This document shows, in pieces, positions 57,354-64,000 of a DNA stretch of 64,000 bases (positions are counted from its first letter, which is position 1; each line of letters opens with the position of its first letter). The notes below the pieces were generated by a model. The model made no database searches and had not been told where the DNA came from. It saw only the letters and a program-made list of their open reading frames with translations. Origin of the DNA: Alphaproteobacteria bacterium (lineage in GTDB: Bacteria > Pseudomonadota > Alphaproteobacteria > RF32 > CAG-239); assembly GCA_017546315.1 (NCBI GenBank), contig JAFYXH010000001.1, positions 8,247 to 72,246 of the forward strand, given 5' to 3'. The position numbers were made by a program, and so were the translations under genes.

Positions 57354-57797
57354 ATGAATATTGCAGATATAATTTCTAAGGATGCTGTGCTTGATAATGT
57401 TCAAGCAAGCAATAAACGTGAGCTAGTTCAGATTTTATCCAGCAAGATTGCCACCATTTCTGGCTTAGATGAGCGTATAATTTTTGATGCAGTTTGGGAG
57501 CGCGAGAATTTAGGCTCTACTGGTTATGGTGATGGGGTTGCATTTCCTCATGCTAGAATCGACGGTTTAGATAAAGTATCTGCTTTATTTGCTCGTTTAG
57601 ATGAACCAGTTGATTTTGATTCTTTAGACGGCAAACCTGTTGATTTAGTATTTTTGCTCATTAGTCCTGAAAATAGCGGAGCAGACCATTTAACGGCATT
57701 AGCAACTCTTTCTCGCGTGTTAAAAACTGAAGGTGCTTGTGAAAAGTTGCGTAAAGCTCATTCTTTGGACGAGATTTATACTATACTTAACTCATAA
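57354..57797 (+). CDS. ptsN: PTS IIA-type nitrogen regulatory protein PtsN
   Basis: GDGVAFPHARIDGL (phospho-His context) and PVDLVFLLISPE. It follows hpf. Confidence 0.9.
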   Translation: MNIADIISKDAVLDNVQASNKRELVQILSSKIATISGLDERIIFDAVWERENLGSTGYGDGVAFPHARIDGLDKVSALFARLDEPVDFDSLDGKPVDLVFLLISPENSGADHLTALATLSRVLKTEGACEKLRKAHSLDEIYTILNS

Positions 57798-57820
57798 TAA
57801 GTATTATTTTCTTTTTAATA

Positions 57821-57850
57821 AAAAACCTATCTATTTGATAGGTTTTTTTA
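57821..57850. terminator. Bidirectional terminator
   Basis: aaaaacctatc-tatttg-ataggttttttt, lying between convergent ptsN and the methyltransferase gene. Confidence 0.8.
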
Positions 57851-57870
57851 TTTTTGATGAGGATTGTTAA

Positions 57871-58611
57871 TTAAAAATACCCAACCCCTTGGCGCAATAT
57901 ACTTTCTGCCTTTGATGTATATTCACCATTTTCTTGATGTGTATAAAATGGAGGTAATATTTTAGTAATTCCTCGACCTCCTTTTTGAGCAATCACTGCA
58001 ACTCTTTTGGCGTCTTGATTTTCTTTAGAATACATCGGAAGTATCCTAATGTTTCCTGCTTTACCTTGCAAAGCATTTAAGATTTCATCTATTGCTTCTG
58101 CCCTATTTATAAGTAAAATATAACCTTTAGGTTTTAAGGTTTTTAATGCAAACAATATCCAACGTGTTAAATCAAAATCTTGATGATTATGCGCTATTTT
58201 TTTTCCTTGATTTGGAGACGGCATATCATGATCACTATATGGAGGATTAGTAATCACAAAATCAAATTCCCCCCCTAATTGAGGTTGTTTTTCCCTTACA
58301 TCTATATTCTCATATTTTAAGAATTCTCCAAAACCATTTTCTTGAGAACTAAAATTTGATAGTTCCACTAAATCCTTTTGTATATCGATACCCAATATTT
58401 CAACATTATTATTTTGCAAGCGAGAAGCTAAACATAATGATATTGCCCCTGTGCCTGAACCTATGTCTAATATCTTATCTCCTTTTTTTACATCTTTTTC
58501 ATCTAGTAATGAAGACAAAAATACAGCATCTGTTGAAGCTCTGTATCCATCAACTGGCTGAAAGATTCTTATCTTTTTATTTAGTAAATAATCGTTTGTA
58601 TATGGTATCAT
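57871..58611 (-). CDS. N6-adenine-type class I methyltransferase (TrmN6/YfiC-like small-domain MTase)
   Basis: DGYRASTDAVFL, ILDIGSGTGAISL (motif I) and FVITNPPYSD (NPPY motif IV). Confidence 0.65.
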   Translation of the reverse strand: MIPYTNDYLLNKKIRIFQPVDGYRASTDAVFLSSLLDEKDVKKGDKILDIGSGTGAISLCLASRLQNNNVEILGIDIQKDLVELSNFSSQENGFGEFLKYENIDVREKQPQLGGEFDFVITNPPYSDHDMPSPNQGKKIAHNHQDFDLTRWILFALKTLKPKGYILLINRAEAIDEILNALQGKAGNIRILPMYSKENQDAKRVAVIAQKGGRGITKILPPFYTHQENGEYTSKAESILRQGVGYF

Positions 58612-58679
58612 TTTTATTCCTTAAAATAAAAGGCCTAAAAGGTATTCCTTTTAAGCCTTCTAATAATTCTACATCCAAA

Positions 58680-58916
58680 CTATGCGCTTGGAGATGTTTT
58701 TGCTAATTCAGCATTAGCACTAACCCATTTTTCTTCTGCTTCATCTTCTGATGTAATTGCAGATTGAGGACATTCAGAAATGCAAACACCACAATCTATG
58801 CATGTATCTGGATCAACAACATATTGATCATCTGCTACACGGAAAGCTTCTACTGGACATACACTAGCGCAAGTTCCGCATTTAATGCACAAATCACCAT
58901 TTACTACTGAAGGCAT
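58680..58916 (-). CDS. 2x[4Fe-4S] ferredoxin
   Basis: Two CxxCxxCxxxCP motifs (CIKCGTCASVCP and CIDCGVCISECP). 78 aa. Confidence 0.9.
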   Translation of the reverse strand: MPSVVNGDLCIKCGTCASVCPVEAFRVADDQYVVDPDTCIDCGVCISECPQSAITSEDEAEEKWVSANAELAKTSPSA

Positions 58917-59131
58917 ATTATTTCTCCTAATTAAAATATTATTTTCGTTTTTTGTATTTAATATTATTTGAGGTGAAATGCAAGTGAAAAAATATTAAAA
59001 CACAAAAAACTTTCTTATGATTAAGTATTGTTATACTTGATAGCAATCTTCAGGTTATAATTTGCACTTTGAATGGGGATTTTTCAAGTGCACTTGATTT
59101 GCTATAAAAACAATCACCCTTTATTGAAGCT

Positions 59132-59162
59132 AAAAAAAGAGGGAAATTTACCCTCTTTTTTT
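59132..59162 (-). terminator. Rho-independent terminator after the autotransporter gene
   Basis: aaaaaaagaggg-aaattta-ccctcttttttt hairpin, 13 nt beyond the stop at 59175. It is symmetric, so it could act in both directions. Confidence 0.8.
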
Positions 59163-59174
59163 AGCGATTTTTGA

Positions 59175-62126
59175 TTAGAAGTTATACTTAACCTCAAAAG
59201 TTAGAGTATGATCTTGATAATCATTACGCAATCTTGCTAAGTATCCAGCCGTTAATTCAACTTCTTCTGTTGCATTAGCTGAAACTTTTGCGCCTAGCTC
59301 AAAACCTAAACGATCAAGTTTTTCACCATTAACAGTATAACCTGCGCCATTTGCTAGCAAAACATTTGCTGAGTTATTAGCATCAAACAAATCATATGTA
59401 ACTGCTGCTTTTAACTCTGGACGCCAAATTGTACCACCGCAAGATGTATAGTTTTTAGCAATTTTTGCACCAGCAACTAAAGTCAATACATCTTCTTGGT
59501 TAGACGCTACTGTTGTACCTAACTTATCTGTATAAGTATCTTGATCGATATGCATATAACGGAAACCTAATTCAGGTGTTAAATCATATTCTTTGAATTT
59601 TGTTTCATATCCATACATAGATTGTAAAGCAATTGTTTCTACATCATAGTTAGATGAAGCATTTACACCCATTACTGATTTTTTCTCATCATACTCTGAC
59701 CAGCTATATGCAAGCATTGTATTAACATACCAATCTGCTGGTTTGTATTTTGCATATACAAATAATGAATTTGTATCTACATCAGTATCACGACCTTCTG
59801 TTTTGATATCTGTTTGAGCATTTGCATAACCCAAACCTAAACGAGTATTAGTATCAACTTCACTATCTACACCCATTGCAACTCCGTATGTATCAGAGTT
59901 AAATCCTGCAGATTTTGATGTTGCTTCATGATCTGCTTTATTAAACAAACCACGAACCCATGCAGTTGCTTTTTTGAAGTAATCACCTGAAGATTTACCT
60001 TCTGCAATAGCACCTGCTCCGCCATTTAACTCTGTTGAAACAGCATTAAATAATACGTCTTGCATTGATGTTTCTTGAGATGACACAACTGGGTTTGTAT
60101 CTGTACCTAATTTTGAGGTTTCTTTTGCAATAGAGCTATCACCTGTTTGCGCTGCTTCATTTAATGAACGTATAGCCTCATTAAAGAATGCATTGCTTGA
60201 TGATGAACCACTAGTTGCTGCTGTTAAAGCTTGAGCTTCACCAGAAGACAAACCTAAATTTGATGCAATATCATTTGCTGATTTTTTAGTGATGGTATAT
60301 GTACCGTTTACATCTGTTAGAGAAATATCATATAAAGAATTTTCTGCTATTTTGAATTCATTATCCAATGAACCTGTTATCAATTGATACTTACCAGTAA
60401 ATCCTGTATTAAATATCATACTTAAAGTTGCACCATTATTTTTTACAGTGTTTTCAATCTTTGTTTGGTCTGCCATAACACTAACTTTGGAACCTTCTTC
60501 AAATACAACTGTTCCCTCTCCTGCGATACCGCCATCAAGAGCTAAAGAACCTGATACAGTTAAACTTCCTCTGTTGTAAATATCAGAAGCTCCATTTTGG
60601 CTAAATGTATTTGAGCCTGAAAGAATAACTTGGCCTCCTTGGTCATTATAAATAGCACCACCTTCGTCAGCAGAGTTATTAGAGAACACATTAGTACCAG
60701 ATAATTTAATAATACCGTGATTTGAAGATGTTGTTGATGTAATTGCACCACCAAAGTTTGCATCTTTACCGTTATAAATAGCACCACCTGCTTTTAGAGC
60801 TTCGTTTTGATCGAATGTAGCATCTGAAATTTCTACAGTACCACCAAAAACGTTTGCAATAGCGCCACCAAAATTACCTGATTTATTACCTTCAAATAAT
60901 GAATCTTTTGTAATTTTTAGAGTGTATCCAACACCATGACGTGCAGAAATAGCACCACCACGAACAGCTGATTCATTATCTTTAAATGTCACACCTTCTA
61001 AAGTTGCATTAGCTGTTCCTCCAATCATTACAGCACCACCGCCATCTGAATCTGATGCGCCTTTATAGGTTGGAGTATCTAAACCTGCGGTATTACCAAT
61101 AAATTGTGTATTTTTAACTATTGCACTCTTATATATACCTAATGCACCGGCATCAGCTGTTGCATAGTTCTCTTCGAATATACTGTTTTCAATAGTCATG
61201 CTTCCGGTTGCATTATTAGCTTGGCCAATTGCACCGCTAACATAAGCTTCGTTATTTTTAAATGTAGTATTTGATACAGTTAAAGTGCCTGAATCTAGTA
61301 TGGCACCACCATGACCTTTTTCACCTGCTTTATTGCCTGTAAATGTAGAATCACTGATAGTCATAACACCACCATTGTTTCCAGCTAAATCTTTTGCGCC
61401 ATCATTGTAAATTGCGCCACCACTTTTACCTGCAGTATTTGATGTAAAATCACCTTTTACAGTTACACCTTTGGTACCAGCATAGAAGGTATTATAAATG
61501 GCACCACCATTGTTGTGTGCTTTATTACCTGTAAATGTTGCCTCAATATTTAATTCAGCTGCAGAATTATTAGCAACTGAGCTATGACGAGTACCTATAG
61601 CACCACCATCCATATAAGAAGTATTGTTTTCAAATAAAGTATTAGTAATGCTTGCAATATCAGTACTTGATACAGCACCTAAGGCAATAGCACCTCCACC
61701 TAGTGTTTTATCCTTAATTAACCCTGATTGGTTATTTTTAAATGTTGAATTTGATATACTTAATCCACCATAGTTTGATATAGCACCACCTGCAGCATAA
61801 GAGGTATTGGAATCAAATGTTGCTCCATTAACTTTTAACGAACTTGGCTCTCCACCAATAGCAAACACGCCTCCATTATCAGCTATATTGTTTTTAAAAA
61901 CAGCTCCTTGTGCCGTTTCTGCTTGAACACCTTTTACCCAAATAAGAGTATAATTTGAGCCATAGCTACCTGTTTCTGCAGAACCTGTGTGCACATCATA
62001 ATCTGAAACAGATGTTAAAGCTTTAACTTCATCTGCTGTAGGTTTCCAGTCCCCACTACCTAATTCAGCCATTGCAGGCATAGAAAAAGCGACAAGAGCT
62101 GTCGTTAATAAAAGTTTGTTCTTCAT
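59175..62126 (-). CDS. Autotransporter with a Pmp-type (FxxN/GGAI) repeat passenger and a C-terminal beta-barrel
   Basis: Signal peptide MKNKLLLTTALVAFSMPAMA (ATG at 62126, GGGAGA RBS). It has 15 FxxN and 11 exact GGAI tetrapeptides, alternating. The C-terminal ~280 aa have an autotransporter beta-domain pattern and end ..TFEVKYNF. Confidence 0.85.
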   Translation of the reverse strand: MKNKLLLTTALVAFSMPAMAELGSGDWKPTADEVKALTSVSDYDVHTGSAETGSYGSNYTLIWVKGVQAETAQGAVFKNNIADNGGVFAIGGEPSSLKVNGATFDSNTSYAAGGAISNYGGLSISNSTFKNNQSGLIKDKTLGGGAIALGAVSSTDIASITNTLFENNTSYMDGGAIGTRHSSVANNSAAELNIEATFTGNKAHNNGGAIYNTFYAGTKGVTVKGDFTSNTAGKSGGAIYNDGAKDLAGNNGGVMTISDSTFTGNKAGEKGHGGAILDSGTLTVSNTTFKNNEAYVSGAIGQANNATGSMTIENSIFEENYATADAGALGIYKSAIVKNTQFIGNTAGLDTPTYKGASDSDGGGAVMIGGTANATLEGVTFKDNESAVRGGAISARHGVGYTLKITKDSLFEGNKSGNFGGAIANVFGGTVEISDATFDQNEALKAGGAIYNGKDANFGGAITSTTSSNHGIIKLSGTNVFSNNSADEGGAIYNDQGGQVILSGSNTFSQNGASDIYNRGSLTVSGSLALDGGIAGEGTVVFEEGSKVSVMADQTKIENTVKNNGATLSMIFNTGFTGKYQLITGSLDNEFKIAENSLYDISLTDVNGTYTITKKSANDIASNLGLSSGEAQALTAATSGSSSSNAFFNEAIRSLNEAAQTGDSSIAKETSKLGTDTNPVVSSQETSMQDVLFNAVSTELNGGAGAIAEGKSSGDYFKKATAWVRGLFNKADHEATSKSAGFNSDTYGVAMGVDSEVDTNTRLGLGYANAQTDIKTEGRDTDVDTNSLFVYAKYKPADWYVNTMLAYSWSEYDEKKSVMGVNASSNYDVETIALQSMYGYETKFKEYDLTPELGFRYMHIDQDTYTDKLGTTVASNQEDVLTLVAGAKIAKNYTSCGGTIWRPELKAAVTYDLFDANNSANVLLANGAGYTVNGEKLDRLGFELGAKVSANATEEVELTAGYLARLRNDYQDHTLTFEVKYNF

Positions 62127-62576
62127 GAAAAAATCTCCCACTTTGTTAGTCAAATATCGCAAAACAAAAGAATAAATAATCAAAAAATTTCATAATTTTA
62201 ATTAAATTCTTTCACGTTTTTTGATGATGCGTTGAGTGTATTTAAAGAGTTTGTGAGAGTCAACATAAATATTTATATTTAAAAGAAAAAACGCCTGTTT
62301 GAATTTCATTTTTCAACAATCAACACTTTGAATCAACATAGACAAATTTGATATTACTTTGGGATATTTTAGAACACATCTTTAATTTATATTTACTTGA
62401 AAACATCTTATCTTTCTTAACATAAAGTTAATTTCTTAAAGGAATCTATTTGAGTTTTTAGGTTTATTAGAGTTAATATTACGGAGATTAGTCGTTGCAA
62501 ATTTAATTTATTATTGAAATTATAAAAAATATGAGTATTATCGGCGTTAAATGGTATATTTTGAGGTATAAAAATA

Positions 62577-63899
62577 ATGAGTAATATTAAAGTTAGGTTT
62601 GCACCAAGCCCAACCGGCTGGATTCATATTGGAAATGTTAGAACAGCTTTATTTAACTATCTTTGGACTAAGAAGATGGGTGGAGAGATGTTGCTTCGTA
62701 TTGATGATACTGACGTTGTTCGTTCTAAAAAAGAATATGAAGATGGTGTTTATGATGCGTTAAACTGGTTAGGCATTAAATGGGATGAAAAAGCAAGACA
62801 ATCTGAACGAGTTAATCGCTATGATGAAGTGGTTGAAAAATTAAAACTCGAAGGAAGAATTTATGCTTGCTATGATACTCCTGAAGAACTTGAATTTAAG
62901 CGTAAACGCTTAATGGCTAAGGGACTTCCTCCTATTTATGATAGACAAGCTTTGAAATATACTCCTGAAGATATTAAGCGTTTTGAAGAAGAAGGTAGAA
63001 AGCCTCACTATCGTTTTAAGCTTATTGATAGTGAAATTGTTTGGAATGATGCTGTTCGTGGCATTTGCAAATATGATGCAACTAAACTTTCTGACCCTAT
63101 TATTATCAGAGAAGATGGTAGTTATTTGTATCACTTACCTTCTGTTATTGATGATGTTGATTTTGGAATTACACATATCGTTAGAGGTGAAGATCACGCT
63201 ACTAATACTGCTACTCAAATACAAATGTTTGAAGCTTTGGGAGGAAAAGTTCCTACCTTTGCACACTTACCTCTTCTTACAGGTAAAGAAGGTAAACTTT
63301 CTAAAAGACTCGGTTCTCTTGGTATTAGAGAATTAAGAGAAGAAGGTATTGAAGCTATGGCAATATCATCATTTTTGGCAAAACTTGGAACATCTGAAGA
63401 TATTAGGTCTTTTTATAGTTTAGAAGAATTAGCTGAAACTTTAGATTTTAATAAAATTGGTCGTTCTCAGCCAAAGTTTGATGAAGAAGAATTGAAAAAA
63501 TTTAATACTAAACTTATTCATGGTATGCCTTATGAAGCATTAAAAGAAACTTTTGGAGTTTCTCAAGAATTCTGGGATGACGTTAAGGGTAATCTCGAAA
63601 TTGCAAAAGATGTGTTGTTATGGGACAATATTTGCAACAAAGAAATTGAACCAATGATTGAAGATAAAGACTTCACTTTGGAAGCTTCAGGACTATTGCC
63701 TAATAGTGAGTTTAATATTGAGACTTTTGGTCAATGGATGAATGATGTTAAAGCAAAAACAGGTAGAAAAGGGAAAGAATTATTCCACCCTATTCGTATG
63801 GCTTTAACAGGAGAAGCAAATGGACCTGAACTTAAGACATTACTTCCGTTGATTGGGTATGATAAAGCTTATAAGAGATTAAGAGGCCAAAAGGCATAA
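62577..63899 (+). CDS. gltX: Glutamate--tRNA ligase
   Basis: RFAPSPTGWIHIGNVRTALFNY (HIGH) and KLSKR (KMSKS). 440 aa. Confidence 0.93.
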   Translation: MSNIKVRFAPSPTGWIHIGNVRTALFNYLWTKKMGGEMLLRIDDTDVVRSKKEYEDGVYDALNWLGIKWDEKARQSERVNRYDEVVEKLKLEGRIYACYDTPEELEFKRKRLMAKGLPPIYDRQALKYTPEDIKRFEEEGRKPHYRFKLIDSEIVWNDAVRGICKYDATKLSDPIIIREDGSYLYHLPSVIDDVDFGITHIVRGEDHATNTATQIQMFEALGGKVPTFAHLPLLTGKEGKLSKRLGSLGIRELREEGIEAMAISSFLAKLGTSEDIRSFYSLEELAETLDFNKIGRSQPKFDEEELKKFNTKLIHGMPYEALKETFGVSQEFWDDVKGNLEIAKDVLLWDNICNKEIEPMIEDKDFTLEASGLLPNSEFNIETFGQWMNDVKAKTGRKGKELFHPIRMALTGEANGPELKTLLPLIGYDKAYKRLRGQKA

Positions 63900-63916
63900 A
63901 TCTTTTTTTAAAAATT

Positions 63917-63944
63917 AAAAGCCCGATAAAATATCGGGCTTTTT
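63917..63944. terminator. Bidirectional terminator
   Basis: aaaagcccgat-aaaat-atcgggctttt, lying between gltX and the convergent partial gene. Confidence 0.8.
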
Positions 63945-63946
63945 CT

Positions 63947-64000
63947 TTATTGATAACGAAGAGCATCTATTGGATTTAGTCGCATAGCTTTAAGGGCTGG
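63947..64000 (-). CDS. C-terminal end of an FtsX-like ABC permease (LolC/E or MacB type), truncated by the window edge
   Basis: The reverse strand reads ..PALKAMRLNPIDALRYQ-stop, the typical tail of FtsX-domain permeases (PA.RA.r..P..ALR.E). Confidence 0.5.
   Translation of the reverse strand, partial: PALKAMRLNPIDALRYQ

Noticed and set aside
62417-62431. A perfect CtrA-box-like TTAA-N7-TTAA element upstream of gltX and the autotransporter.
   Set aside because: At this AT content the pattern is expected by chance many times in 64 kb, around ten by a rough base-frequency estimate. Without conservation or ChIP data it is not evidence of CtrA control.

Overview
The window is visibly AT-rich (roughly one-third G+C by eye, not computed), gene-dense and uses the standard genetic code. 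It comes from an alphaproteobacterium: it carries GcrA, DUF2155 next to mlaD, hflK-hflC-htrA, and a kdsD-lpt-hpf-ptsN block. Several traits resemble a reduced, probably host-associated lineage of the Rickettsiales/Holosporales type (inference). These are the absence of rpoN at its usual locus, fused envelope genes, orphan secreted proteins and a Pmp-type autotransporter.

Most genes are housekeeping:
- Translation and tRNA: galU, dtd, lgt, queA, leuS, gltX, rpmJ, ettA.
- Glycolysis: gap and pgk.
- Replication: holA and holC.
- Proteolysis and quality control: clpP, clpX, hflKC, htrA.
- Stringent response and transcription: spoT, rpoZ, acpS, gcrA.
- LPS and lipid transport: lptE, kdsD, lptC/A, lptB, mlaC, two copies of mlaD, and the C-terminus of an AsmA-like protein.
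- Others: mrp, ferredoxin, hpf, ptsN.

The non-housekeeping content worth attention is:
- An orphan 1,109-aa modular protein with a hydrophobic core, internal module duplication and a perfect 60-bp tandem repeat, behind a consensus promoter.
- A lone VirB8-like gene transcribed divergently from a TolC-like lipoprotein that carries a C-terminal Ig-like domain, followed by a GT-C glycosyltransferase.
- A second GT-C glycosyltransferase paired with a FAD oxidoreductase.
- A roughly 980-aa autotransporter with chlamydial-type FxxN/GGAI repeats.
- A membrane protein with a degenerate GGDEF domain.
- An apparent LptC-LptA fusion and a GldF-GldG fusion.
- gapA and leuS alleles that look non-alphaproteobacterial.

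I found no tRNA or rRNA genes, CRISPR arrays, transposases, integrases or prophage genes. All family calls rest on remembered motif and architecture recognition. No database search was run.
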